DNA from: Candidatus Multivoradales bacterium
GTDB lineage: Bacteria > Acidobacteriota > Thermoanaerobaculia > Multivoradales > J023
Assembly: GCA_965248925.1 (NCBI GenBank)
Contig: CBDFLE010000006.1
Coordinates: 1-64,000, forward strand
DNA: 64,000 nt
Reading direction: 5' to 3'
The notes beneath the pieces were generated by a model, which saw nothing but the letters and a program-made list of their open reading frames with translations, did no database searches and was not told the DNA's origin. Position 1 is the first letter of the stretch. The number at the start of each line of letters is the position of its first letter. The translations under genes and the position numbers were made by a program. This document shows, piece by piece, positions 52,186-61,972 of this stretch.

Positions 52186-53028
52186 ATGCCGAACAACGAG
52201 ACCCGAGGGGCTAGACTCTTCCGCTCTAAGCTGGAGCAGATCCAGCAAACCATCACCCGCAGCGCCGCCCACAAGCGCCTCTCGCCAGACGACCGCGACG
52301 AGCTCTACAGCGCCGTCATGCTGAAGCTGATCCAGAACGACTACGCCATCCTCCGTCGCTTTCGTGGCGACAGCAGCTGGCGCACTTTCCTGACGGTAGT
52401 TATCCAGCGGGTGCAGCTCGACCAGCGAACCCAAAAGTGGGGCCGGTGGCGACCCTGCGCTGCTGCCCGACGACTCGGGCCGGTGGCGGTGGAACTGGAT
52501 CGCCGCATCTCCCGCGACGGGCTCGATCCCGAGGAAGCGGTCCAGACCATGGCGGCCGGCAGCAACAAACACTCCACTGAGACTCTGCGCAGGACTGCCG
52601 AGAACATCCGTCGCCGTCACGGCCGGCGGCAGATGATCAGTGACCAAGTGTTGGCTGTCTTGCCCAGCGACGAGCACACGGACCGGCGAATCGAGCTAGC
52701 GGAGGGCCGCGCGCGCAATGGGTTCCTGGCCACCGCTCTCGGCGGTTTGCTGGAAGGGCTCTCAGTTGAGGACCGAGAGCTGCTGGATCTGCGCTTCCAT
52801 CAGGGTTGGACGGTGGCCCGAATTGCTACCTCGCTCGACCGCGACCCGCGGGTGCTCTACCGCCACTTCACCCGCCTGCTGCGATGCTTGCGGCAGGAGT
52901 TCGAGGCTCAAGGCTGGGATCGGCAGGAGATCCGGACTTGCCTCGATCAGCACCAGGTCGAACCGCTCCCCGATCTGCTCGGGCCGGCACACCAACCGGA
53001 GAGCAACTTCAGTCGTAGTTTGGGCTAA
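52186..53028 (+). CDS. Sigma-70 ECF-type sigma factor
   Basis: LRRFRGDSSWRTFLTVV region 2; LDLRFHQGWTVARIA region 4; AGGAGG RBS. Confidence 0.85.
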   Translation: MPNNETRGARLFRSKLEQIQQTITRSAAHKRLSPDDRDELYSAVMLKLIQNDYAILRRFRGDSSWRTFLTVVIQRVQLDQRTQKWGRWRPCAAARRLGPVAVELDRRISRDGLDPEEAVQTMAAGSNKHSTETLRRTAENIRRRHGRRQMISDQVLAVLPSDEHTDRRIELAEGRARNGFLATALGGLLEGLSVEDRELLDLRFHQGWTVARIATSLDRDPRVLYRHFTRLLRCLRQEFEAQGWDRQEIRTCLDQHQVEPLPDLLGPAHQPESNFSRSLG

Positions 53029-53093
53029 GATCGGCCCGCCTGGGAGTGAAGTGCTCAGCAGCGAGCGAAGGATCCCGGTGCGGAGGAGCGACA

Positions 53094-54263
53094 ATGCAGG
53101 GAAGCAAGGTCTGGATCCGGGTCGTACTATTGCTGGTAGTGCTGTACGGCTTCTTCGTCGGTCTCGACCTGATGGGGATCTCGTTCAAGCTTTTCGGCAA
53201 AGGCTTTGCCGAGGAATTGATCGCTCGTACCGCCAACCCCCTCACCGGCCTACTGATCGGCATCCTGGCCACTACTCTAGTACAAAGCTCCTCGACCACC
53301 ACTTCGATGACTGTCGCATTGGTAGCCAGCGGCGCGCTGAATATCGAAGGCGCGGTACCGATCATCATGGGTGCCAATATCGGCACCTCGGTCACCAACA
53401 CCATTGTCGCCCTCGGTCACGTGACCCGCAAGGAAGAATTCCGCCGCGCTTTTGCCGGCGCCACTTTGCACGACTTCTTCAACTGGTTGACGGTACTGGT
53501 CTTGCTGCCGCTGGAGATCGCCACCGGTTTCCTCGCCCGCGCCGCGGGGGTATTGCAAACGGTCTTGAGCGGAGTGGGTGGCGAGAAGCTGCTCAATCCG
53601 CTGAAGATCATCGTCCGGCCAACCGCCGGCTGGATCAGCGAAGAGCTCGGAGAGTCGGGCACCCTGGTCTTGATCGCTGGCCTGGCGATCCTCTTCCTGG
53701 CGCTGCGATACATGGTGGTGCTGCTGCGCTCTCTGCTTACGGAATCGGCCGAGCGGGTGCTGCACCGCACCCTGTTCCGCTCCGCGCCGGTGGCGATTCT
53801 GTGTGGCTTGGTGATCACCGTCATGGTGCAGAGCAGCTCGATCACCACCTCGGTGGTGATACCGCTGGTGGGCGCCGGGGTGATTAGCCTGGCACAGCTG
53901 TTCCCTTTCACCATCGGCGCCAACATCGGCACCACGGTGACGGCGATGATCGCCGCCCTGGCACTTGGCAGCGCCGACGCCATCACCATCGCTTTCGCCC
54001 ACCTCTTGTTTAATCTGGCCGGTACTTTGCTGGTCTATGTACCGCCGCCGATCCGCGCCATCCCGATTTTCTTGGCGACTAAGCTCGGCGACCTGGCGGC
54101 CCGCAGCAGGGTGCTCGCGGGTACCTACATCGTTTTCATGTTCTACCTTTTGCCAGTGATCTTGCTGCTGCTCTCCGGAGTGTTAGGCGGCGATTCGGAG
54201 CAGACTTCTGGGCAGCCACCCGGCGCGCCGATCCAGATCACCCAGCATCCCCAGGAGCCCTGA
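53094..54263 (+). CDS. Na+/Pi cotransporter (NptA-like)
   Basis: Duplicated QSSS and GANIGT motifs; HDFFN. Confidence 0.93.
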   Translation: MQGSKVWIRVVLLLVVLYGFFVGLDLMGISFKLFGKGFAEELIARTANPLTGLLIGILATTLVQSSSTTTSMTVALVASGALNIEGAVPIIMGANIGTSVTNTIVALGHVTRKEEFRRAFAGATLHDFFNWLTVLVLLPLEIATGFLARAAGVLQTVLSGVGGEKLLNPLKIIVRPTAGWISEELGESGTLVLIAGLAILFLALRYMVVLLRSLLTESAERVLHRTLFRSAPVAILCGLVITVMVQSSSITTSVVIPLVGAGVISLAQLFPFTIGANIGTTVTAMIAALALGSADAITIAFAHLLFNLAGTLLVYVPPPIRAIPIFLATKLGDLAARSRVLAGTYIVFMFYLLPVILLLLSGVLGGDSEQTSGQPPGAPIQITQHPQEP

Positions 54264-54264
54264 C

Positions 54265-54918
54265 ATGCTCGAGAAACTCTTCGGAACGGATCGCTCATCT
54301 ACCCTGCTCGACTCGGCCTTTGCTGATGTCACGACGATGCTTGAGCAGTCGGCGAAGATGTTCGATCACGCGGTCGCGGCGCTGCTCGACAACACCCCCC
54401 TGGAAGTCGACCTGCACGACCTCGACGATGTGGTCGACGAAGGCGAGCGGATGGTCCGCCGCACCGTGCTCGAGCATCTCAGCATGCAGCCGGAGAAGGA
54501 CTTGGTGGCCAGCCTGGTGCTGGTCAGCATTGTCCAGGACGCTGAACGTATCGGCGATTTCGCCCGCGGTCTGGCGGAACTGGTGCCCTTGGCCGGTAGT
54601 GACCGTCAAGGCCCTTTCCGCGACCGCCTACAGGACGGTGCGAAGCAAGTTCGGGTCTTGTTCGACGACTGTGAGCGCGCATTTCGTAAGGACGACCCCG
54701 AAGGGGCCCGAGCAGTCGTTCACCAGGCCCGCGCCTTGAAAGGGCACTTCAAAGCCATCACCCGCGATGTGGCGGCGAGCGACCTAGGGGCCGACCTGGC
54801 AGTGGTCTACGCCGGTGGCTCACGCATCCTGCGTCGCATCGCTGCCCATCTGAGCAATATCTGCTCAACGGTCAGCCAGCCTTACGACCGCATTCGACAC
54901 GGCGACGAGGAAGCCTGA
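54265..54918 (+). CDS. PhoU-domain protein
   Basis: DAERIGD motif; follows the Na/Pi transporter. Confidence 0.85.
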   Translation: MLEKLFGTDRSSTLLDSAFADVTTMLEQSAKMFDHAVAALLDNTPLEVDLHDLDDVVDEGERMVRRTVLEHLSMQPEKDLVASLVLVSIVQDAERIGDFARGLAELVPLAGSDRQGPFRDRLQDGAKQVRVLFDDCERAFRKDDPEGARAVVHQARALKGHFKAITRDVAASDLGADLAVVYAGGSRILRRIAAHLSNICSTVSQPYDRIRHGDEEA

Positions 54919-55042
54919 CGGGTATGGCGGAAGCCTAGACTCAGGACTGAATCCTGGCAAATAGCAACCCTTAGCATCTGGTAGGTATCCCAAGAGTGGC
55001 ACGCCGCGATTGTCCCTGCTGGTCACACCTCGGAGAACTACT

Positions 55043-57481
55043 ATGCGCCCAATGCTCAGAGAATGCCGCCAAGCCCTGCGTTCGCTATCCCAGCGGCCAG
55101 CCTTCTCGCTATTAGCGATCACCATTCTGGCACTGGGCATCGGCGCCAACACAGCGATCTTCTCGGTAGTGCATGGCGTCCTGCTAGCACCTTTGCCCTA
55201 CGCTGACGCCGAGCGGCTGGTGCAAGTATGGAACACCTACCCGCTGATGGGTCTCGATGAGGCCGGGGTATCGGTGCCCGACTACCTCGACCGGCAGAGA
55301 GTACAGGCGTTCGAGTCTAGCGCCCTCTACCGCTACACCAACTTCAACCTCGGAGCTGAAGGTGCTCCGGAGCGAGTCCTCGGAGTTCGGGCAACCGCCT
55401 CAATTTTTCCACTGCTCAAGGTCTTGGCGGCCCACGGCAGGGTATTCGGCGAGGCCGAGGATCACCCCGGCGAGGAGCAAGTAGTGGTGATCTCGCACAG
55501 CCTCTGGCTACGCCAGTTCGGCGGCCAGCCGGAGGCCATTGACAGCACCCTCGATATCAATGGCCGGCCCCACCGTCTGCTCGGCGTTCTGCCCCAAGGC
55601 TTTACCTTCATCAATGACCAGGTGCAGGTGTGGAAACCGTTCGCGATCACCGCCGAGCAGTCACTCGACGAGATGCGGGGCAACGAGTTCTCGGCGATGC
55701 TCGCCCGCTTGGTCTCGGGTGCGACGGTGGAACAGGCGCAACAGGAAGTCGACGCCATCCACCAGGCCAACCTGGAGCGCTTTCCAGAGATTCGGTCGTT
55801 CTGGCAGTCAAGCGGCTTCGGCGGATGGGTGGTGGGCCTGCGCGATGAACTCTACAGCGATCTGCGACCGACCCTGCTGATCTTGCAAGGAGTGGTGGCC
55901 TTCGTTCTTCTGCTGGCCTGCGCTAACGTCGCCAACCTGCTATTGACCCGGCTCGCCGGACGCAAGAAGGAGCTGGCAATCCGCAGCGCAATGGGCGCCA
56001 GCCGGCTCGACCTGGCGCGACAGCTCCTCATCGAGAGCCTGCTGCTCGGTCTCGGTGGCGGCTTGTTGGGAGCTGGCCTCGGGTGGGTGGGGGTGCGCTT
56101 GCTGCACCACCTGGAAGGGATGCCCACCGATCAGCTGGCACTGGGCCCTAACCTGACCGTTCTCGCCTTTACCGCCGGTCTGGCGCTCGCCACCGGCTTG
56201 CTCTTCGGGCTAGTTCCGGTCTGGTCGCTGCGGCGTCACGATGCTAACTCGGTGATCAAGGCCGGGGGTGGGCGGGGCGCCTCGGCCGGCGCCGCTTGGC
56301 CGCGCCGCGCCCTGGTGATCGCCGAAGTCGCCATCGCCATGCTGCTGCTGGTCGGCGCAGGCTTGCTGGTCCGCAGTCTGATGCGGCTCGAAGGCGAGCA
56401 CCCCGGCTTCGATGCTCAAGGGGTGCTAGTGGCCCAGGTCTCACTCCCCGCAGCCACCTACTCACAGCCCGGGCAAATCGCCCGCTTCTTCGACAACACT
56501 CTGGCGCGCCTGCGAACTCTGCCCGGAGTGCGTGCCGCCGGTGCCATCTCCGCGGCGCCGTTCAGTGGCAGATCACCCTCCGGGTCCTATTCGATCGAGG
56601 GCTTCGAACCGGCCGAAGGTGAGTCCGATCCGCATGCGCTAATCCGGGTCGTTGACGACCACTACTTCGACACCCTTGGTATCCAACTGCTGCGCGGGCG
56701 CGGATTCGGCAGCAGCGAACAAGCCGACTCGCAGCTAGTGGTGGTAGTCGACCGCCGCATGGTCGACAAGTATTGGCCGCATCAAGAGCCACTCGGCAAG
56801 CGCTTGACCCGCGACGATCCAAACGGCGAGAACATCCGCTGGCTAACCGTAGTCGGGGTAGTCGAGTCGGTCAAAATTCGCGATTTGGAGCGGCCGGTTG
56901 AGAAAGAGACGATCTACGCCTCCCTCCGCCAGCTACCGAATCGCAGCATGACTTTCGCCCTCGCCACCGGCGGCGACCCGCTGGCCCTGGCACGCCCCCT
57001 GCGCGACACCGTATTGGCTAACGACCCAGCCCTACCGGTCTACGACATTCAGCCCTTGAGCCGGCAGCTCAGCCGCTCGCTGCGCGGCCGCAGCTCGTCA
57101 ATGGATCTGTTGATGATCTTCGGCGCCCTGGCGATCGTGCTAGCGGCGGTAGGGCTCTACGGCGTGCTCTCTTTCACCTTTGGCCAGCGCACCCGCGAAC
57201 TCGGCACCCGTGCCGCCTTGGGCGCCAGTCCGAGCAATATCTTCCGCTTGGTGCTAGGACAAGGGATGCTGCTGACGGCCATCGGCGTAGTGCTCGGCGG
57301 CCTGGCCGCCATCGGTCTTGGCCGCTACCTGGGAACCCTGCTTTACGAAGTGCGACCCTGGGATACCGTCAGCCTGGTCACCGCCGCTCTGCTGCTACTG
57401 CTGACCGCGGCCCTGGCTTGCCTGGTGCCCGGCTGGCGGGCGATGCGTACCGATCCGGCCACGGCGCTGCGCCAAGATTAG
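55043..57481 (+). CDS. ABC transporter permease (ADOP type)
   Basis: LALGIGANTAIFS, ACANVANLLL, GLYGVLS, DPATALRQD. Confidence 0.95.
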   Translation: MRPMLRECRQALRSLSQRPAFSLLAITILALGIGANTAIFSVVHGVLLAPLPYADAERLVQVWNTYPLMGLDEAGVSVPDYLDRQRVQAFESSALYRYTNFNLGAEGAPERVLGVRATASIFPLLKVLAAHGRVFGEAEDHPGEEQVVVISHSLWLRQFGGQPEAIDSTLDINGRPHRLLGVLPQGFTFINDQVQVWKPFAITAEQSLDEMRGNEFSAMLARLVSGATVEQAQQEVDAIHQANLERFPEIRSFWQSSGFGGWVVGLRDELYSDLRPTLLILQGVVAFVLLLACANVANLLLTRLAGRKKELAIRSAMGASRLDLARQLLIESLLLGLGGGLLGAGLGWVGVRLLHHLEGMPTDQLALGPNLTVLAFTAGLALATGLLFGLVPVWSLRRHDANSVIKAGGGRGASAGAAWPRRALVIAEVAIAMLLLVGAGLLVRSLMRLEGEHPGFDAQGVLVAQVSLPAATYSQPGQIARFFDNTLARLRTLPGVRAAGAISAAPFSGRSPSGSYSIEGFEPAEGESDPHALIRVVDDHYFDTLGIQLLRGRGFGSSEQADSQLVVVVDRRMVDKYWPHQEPLGKRLTRDDPNGENIRWLTVVGVVESVKIRDLERPVEKETIYASLRQLPNRSMTFALATGGDPLALARPLRDTVLANDPALPVYDIQPLSRQLSRSLRGRSSSMDLLMIFGALAIVLAAVGLYGVLSFTFGQRTRELGTRAALGASPSNIFRLVLGQGMLLTAIGVVLGGLAAIGLGRYLGTLLYEVRPWDTVSLVTAALLLLLTAALACLVPGWRAMRTDPATALRQD

Positions 57482-57510
57482 TCGCGCAGCCTTTCCGGGC
57501 CTGAGATTTG

Positions 57511-58011
57511 TTAGAGCGAGAAGGTCCGCGGTTCGCCCGGCGGCCCGCTCATACCCTGATTGTGGATTTGCGGATCCTGCAACCTCGGCCGGCTTCCACC
57601 GTAGCGGAACGCGAGTTCGTAGTGAAACGATGCGAGCGAGGATGGGCCTTCGTAGCGGTTCAAGAGCAGACAACCCACCAAGTGATCGCCGCCCCAGAAG
57701 TACACCTCGAAAGGGGTGCCCGGTACCTTGCCGTCGCGGATCAAGCGCTTCTCCTTGCCCGCTCGAAAGCCCTCAAACTGAAGGATCTCGCGGTCGGCGG
57801 CCAAGAAGATCCTCTGCGTGTAACCCACTTCTTGCTGCAACTGCACGGTGATCTGGCCGGATGGCTGGCAGGACACGTTCTTACTTCCTCCTATGGCCTC
57901 GGTGAAAGCCAGCGCGCCGTTAACGTAGGCCACCATGATCGTCGCCACTTGCGGATTCGGTGGTGAACACTCGCGGGCATTCGGGGCATTGCTCAGTAAC
58001 TTGGTCGGCAT
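57511..58011 (-). CDS. Hypothetical protein with C-terminal DPQIHN (DP-EP-like) motif
   Basis: AAAAGGAG RBS; co-oriented downstream of the kinase. Confidence 0.7.
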   Translation of the reverse strand: MPTKLLSNAPNARECSPPNPQVATIMVAYVNGALAFTEAIGGSKNVSCQPSGQITVQLQQEVGYTQRIFLAADREILQFEGFRAGKEKRLIRDGKVPGTPFEVYFWGGDHLVGCLLLNRYEGPSSLASFHYELAFRYGGSRPRLQDPQIHNQGMSGPPGEPRTFSL

Positions 58012-58044
58012 GTTGTGACTCCTTTTTCAGTTGTTCTCTCCTGC

Positions 58045-58080
58045 CCTAACCCTCGTCAAACAACCTCCGGGATGATCATC
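58045..58080 (-). promoter_or_regulatory. Putative ECF promoter GATGATCA-N16-ACGAGgGTTaGG
   Basis: Same motif and spacing as 61418-61453. Confidence 0.6.
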
Positions 58081-58091
58081 CTGGCTTTGCT

Positions 58092-60779
58092 CTATTTGCC
58101 GGATGCAAGCTCGGCCGAGCACAGATCGAGGTAGCTGGGGTCACAGAAACCCTCCGCCGCCAGCTCAGCAATAACCGGCGCGGCCAACTCAGCACGGCCG
58201 AGGCGCAGCTGCACTTGCGCCCATGACATGCGGACCGACCGCCACCGTGGCCCTTCGGCCAACGGCCGCAGCAGCCATGCGGCGCGGCGCCAATGAGGCT
58301 CCGCCTGCTCACTAGCCGACTCGAGGTCGCCCAACAAGATCAGACACCCCGCGAGCCGCTGACGAGCTACGTTATCCTCCGGAACCTCAGCGACCAATGC
58401 ATCGAGGATCTCGACGGCCGCCTGGAGGTGCCTCCGACTCTCGCTACCGCGACCCCGTTGGGAAAATGCGAGCCCGAGTTGTTGATAACTCATTGCCAGC
58501 TCGCGCCGTCCAGCCACCGAAGCGGCGCCCGTAGCCGGCAGCTCGGCGAGGATCTGGCGGCCACTCTCCAGCTGCTCCAGGCCTTGCTGGAATCGACCCA
58601 AGGCGACCAAGTTACGACCCAGCGCCGTCCGGTTGATCGCCAACCGTTGGCGGCGGGAGACATCCTGCGGATCGTCAGCTACCAGCGATTCATAGAGTTC
58701 GACGGCGGTCCGCAAGTGCTCCGTCGCTTGCGACCAAAAGCCATGGCTGAGCAGCCAATAGCCGAGGTAGTTGTTGCTCACCCCCAAGTCGTCGCGCCAG
58801 GTGACGTTGCGCGGGTCAGCCTCAACCAGAGACTCGCGCAGCTGCAATTCGCGCTCGAAGTGTCGCCGCGCCGAAGCTCCCAAGCCCGAGGCGCTTTCGG
58901 CCAGTCCCAGACTGTTGTACGACCAGGCGAGCTCCCGTCGCAGGCCCAGATCGCCCGGCGCTGCTCGCGCCAGCGCTTGCTTGATCTCCAGGCTGCGCTG
59001 GAAGCGATGGCGAGCAGCGACGAGGTCGCCTCGATCCTGCGCCAGGGTGCCGAGGTTGCTGAGCGCGTAGCTCAGCTCCAACAACCACTCTGGATGCTCC
59101 GGCTGCCGTTCCACCAAGCGCTCGGAAAGCTCCAAGTAGGCCTTCATGGAGCGTTCGGCATGGTCGAAGTCGCCTAGTTCGCGAGCGGCGAAGCCGACCC
59201 AAAAATTGCTCTGCCCAAGCTCGAACCAACGTTCAGTGCTCTGCGGAGCGCGCTCGGCCAGAGCCTGTGCCAGATTCAAGGACTCATCGAATGCGCTGAC
59301 CGCCTTCGCAGTCTCACCTTGCCGCAGGCGCACCTCACCGATCTGATGTAGGGCGGTCGCGTGGCGCGCCAACTCGTCGTCGCTGAGCTCGGCCTGGGGA
59401 ATCGCGGCGAAATAACGCTCGGCGCGCGATCCGACCTCGTCGATCAGCTCAAGCCTGCCAAGTTGGTCGAGCTTGTCCCGCAGATCCAACAACATGAAGC
59501 TGATCAGATCCTCGGCCTGCACCTGCCGCAAGGCAACCCGACGGTTGGCCTGCATTGCCTGCACTCCGAGCACCGCCGCCACCATTGACGCCACCAACAG
59601 CAACCCCGCGGCAACGGCGGCGAAGACCACCCAGCCGCGGTGACGAATAGCAAAACGAGTCAGCCGGTAAGCCGGGCCAGAGACATGCGCTGCGACCACC
59701 TCGCCAGCGAGGAAACGACGCAGGTCGGCGGCCAGCTCAGCGGCGGTGGGATAGCGCTCGGCGGGATCCTTGGCCAAGCATTTGAGGACAATCGCTTCAA
59801 GATCCGGCGGCAGCGCCGGCAGCAGTTCCCGCGGCCGCCGCGGCGACTGTTGGCGAATCTTGCGCAGCAGTTCCAGCACCAGCTCGTCGTCGAAGGGAAG
59901 GACACCAGTGAACAGCCGGTACATGGTCACTCCGAGACTCCAGACATCCCCACGGCGATCCGGGGGATTAGCCGGATCGAGGCGCTCAGGCGCCAAGTAG
60001 CTTGTCGTACCACTCAGCGGCTCGTCGTCAGCGCTGCCTCCGGCCACCGCCGCGGCGAGACCAAAATCGCTCACCCAGGCTTTGAGCTCGCCGCTAGCGG
60101 TCTCCTCCACCAACACGTTCGAGGGTTTGACATCGCGGTGTACCAACCCGGTCAAATGGGCGGCGTGCAGACCATCGGCTACCTGGATCAGGAGAGCGAC
60201 TTGCTGCTCCAGCGAGGTGTCGCCGCGAATCTCTTCCAGCGTCTTGCCGTCGACCCGGCGCAGAGCGATGAACGGGCGTCCGTCGAGCTCGCCGCTGTCG
60301 TAGACCTCGAGCACATTGTCGTGCCGTACTCGCGCCTGTGCCCGCGCCTCGCGCAGGCATTGGTCACGGGTCGCAGCATCCGCTGCATCGAGCAGTTTCA
60401 AGGCCACCGGACGATCCAGCTGCCGGTCATGGGCGGCGAAGACTTCACCCATGCCGCCGGCGCCGAGCAGGGCGCCGATCTCGTAGCGTTCGGCCGCGGA
60501 AATCACCACCGGCGACGGCTCAGCCAGCGGCGAGTCCACCGCCAACGGCGCCACGGTCACCAGAATTTCAACCGCGGGGTGGGCGAGAAAGGACTCTGAA
60601 ACCTCGGCCGCCGCCGTTAGCAGCTGCCGAGCTCGCTCGATCAGATCGGGGCAACTGGCTTGCAATCGACTCAGGTAGGCCGCACGCTCTGGCTCGTCGA
60701 GGGCAGCAGCAGCCAAGACGATCTCGTCCAAACGCAGCCGGGGACCCGCCGCTAGCGGCGGGTGGTCATCGGCGGTCAT
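58092..60779 (-). CDS. Ser/Thr kinase, TM, TPR receptor
   Basis: LGAGGMGEV, VALK, HRDVKPSN, DFG, YLAPE; TM; TPRs. Confidence 0.94.
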   Translation of the reverse strand: MTADDHPPLAAGPRLRLDEIVLAAAALDEPERAAYLSRLQASCPDLIERARQLLTAAAEVSESFLAHPAVEILVTVAPLAVDSPLAEPSPVVISAAERYEIGALLGAGGMGEVFAAHDRQLDRPVALKLLDAADAATRDQCLREARAQARVRHDNVLEVYDSGELDGRPFIALRRVDGKTLEEIRGDTSLEQQVALLIQVADGLHAAHLTGLVHRDVKPSNVLVEETASGELKAWVSDFGLAAAVAGGSADDEPLSGTTSYLAPERLDPANPPDRRGDVWSLGVTMYRLFTGVLPFDDELVLELLRKIRQQSPRRPRELLPALPPDLEAIVLKCLAKDPAERYPTAAELAADLRRFLAGEVVAAHVSGPAYRLTRFAIRHRGWVVFAAVAAGLLLVASMVAAVLGVQAMQANRRVALRQVQAEDLISFMLLDLRDKLDQLGRLELIDEVGSRAERYFAAIPQAELSDDELARHATALHQIGEVRLRQGETAKAVSAFDESLNLAQALAERAPQSTERWFELGQSNFWVGFAARELGDFDHAERSMKAYLELSERLVERQPEHPEWLLELSYALSNLGTLAQDRGDLVAARHRFQRSLEIKQALARAAPGDLGLRRELAWSYNSLGLAESASGLGASARRHFERELQLRESLVEADPRNVTWRDDLGVSNNYLGYWLLSHGFWSQATEHLRTAVELYESLVADDPQDVSRRQRLAINRTALGRNLVALGRFQQGLEQLESGRQILAELPATGAASVAGRRELAMSYQQLGLAFSQRGRGSESRRHLQAAVEILDALVAEVPEDNVARQRLAGCLILLGDLESASEQAEPHWRRAAWLLRPLAEGPRWRSVRMSWAQVQLRLGRAELAAPVIAELAAEGFCDPSYLDLCSAELASGK

Positions 60780-61339
60780 GATCGGGGCTGCAGCTCACCA
60801 TGCAACCAGGTGCGCACTGCCCGCCAGTCGCGCACCACAGTGGGAACCGACACACCGAGAATCTCCGCCGTCTCGCCCACCGACAGGCCAGCAAAGTAGC
60901 GTAGCTCGACCAGCTTCTCCTGCCGGCTATTGACCCGGCTCAGACGCGCCAGGGTTTGATGCACCGACAAGATCTCCTCCAGCCGGCGTGGGTTCGGGTC
61001 GACGATCTCACCGTCGAGCTCGACCGCAAGTTGATCGCCGCCGCGTTTCTGCGCCAAGCGGTGACGGGCCTCATCGACCAATATGAAACGCATAGCTCGC
61101 GCCGCCGCGGCATAGAAGTGATGTCGATCCGCCCAGGCAATCTCGGTATCGAGCAGGCGCAGGGCCGCGTCATGCACCAACGAAGTGGTGCCCGGTTGGC
61201 GACCGCCCTGGCGCCGACGCAGCACGCTGCGAGCGACAATTTTCAGTTCGTCGTAGAGCTCCGGCCAGACTTCCTCCCGAGCCTCTCGATCCCCACTACC
61301 CCAGGCACGCAGCAGAACCGTTATCTCCTTTGCGGGCAT
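60776..61339 (-). CDS. ECF sigma factor, kinase-associated (TIGR02999/ECF43-like)
   Basis: ITVLLRAW, TTSLVHDA, AARAMR.ILVD.AR...AQKRGG, VELRYFAGL, TVVRDW. Confidence 0.92.
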   Translation of the reverse strand: MPAKEITVLLRAWGSGDREAREEVWPELYDELKIVARSVLRRRQGGRQPGTTSLVHDAALRLLDTEIAWADRHHFYAAAARAMRFILVDEARHRLAQKRGGDQLAVELDGEIVDPNPRRLEEILSVHQTLARLSRVNSRQEKLVELRYFAGLSVGETAEILGVSVPTVVRDWRAVRTWLHGELQPRS

Positions 61340-61417
61340 GAGGCCATGCTAAAGCAAGCTCTGGAGTGGAACAACCGTCATGGCTTCGCGAGGAAACGCA
61401 GAAAAAAGATCTCCGGC

Positions 61418-61453
61418 GATGATCAGCATCGTTCTCCGCTTACGAGTGTTGGG
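61418..61453 (+). promoter_or_regulatory. Putative ECF promoter GATGATCA-N16-ACGAGtGTTgGG
   Basis: Same motif and spacing as 58045-58080. Confidence 0.6.
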
Positions 61454-61535
61454 TCGAGGCGCCATTCGGCGGCTCACGGAAGCGGCGAGAGTAACCGCCA
61501 CCGAACTCGATCAACTTTCAAAGGAGACCACCCTC

Positions 61536-61835
61536 ATGGCCACCAGCAAAATCCAAGTCTGCCAATGCGACAACGAGCTCATCCTGATTGCCACGACCCC
61601 AGCCGGCAGCTCGACCCTCTGCCACCTCAAGTCGGGATACAATGCCCCGGTGAACTACGAGTTCAACCCCAGGCACATTCTGGCGTCCGGTAACTACACC
61701 CTGGAGATGATCGGCATCAACTGGGGCGGTCCAGGGGCGTTTGAAGTAACGGTAACCACCAACGGCAAGACGAAAACCTTCGGCACCCGCTCGTCCGGGC
61801 CCTTCTGGGCCGAGCGCACCGCCATTTCCGTCTAG
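61536..61835 (+). CDS. Small beta-rich hypothetical protein (99 aa)
   Basis: AAGGAG RBS; GC3-biased codons; DNEL and INWGG motifs. Confidence 0.75.
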   Translation: MATSKIQVCQCDNELILIATTPAGSSTLCHLKSGYNAPVNYEFNPRHILASGNYTLEMIGINWGGPGAFEVTVTTNGKTKTFGTRSSGPFWAERTAISV

Positions 61836-61972
61836 TCGCCGCCGAAGTCCCGTTCTCAGCAGTGCCGGCCCGGAGAATCTCGCGAGCAACGGCGATTCAC
61901 TCCGGGCCGCGCCGTGTTCCTCAGAGCACTACAGCGATACGGCCGGTGAGCGCGATTCGGTAGAGTGGCCTG

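Noticed and set aside
57508-57966. Plus-strand 152-aa ORF
   Set aside because: The minus-strand ORF 57511-58011 has the RBS, upstream motif and operon context
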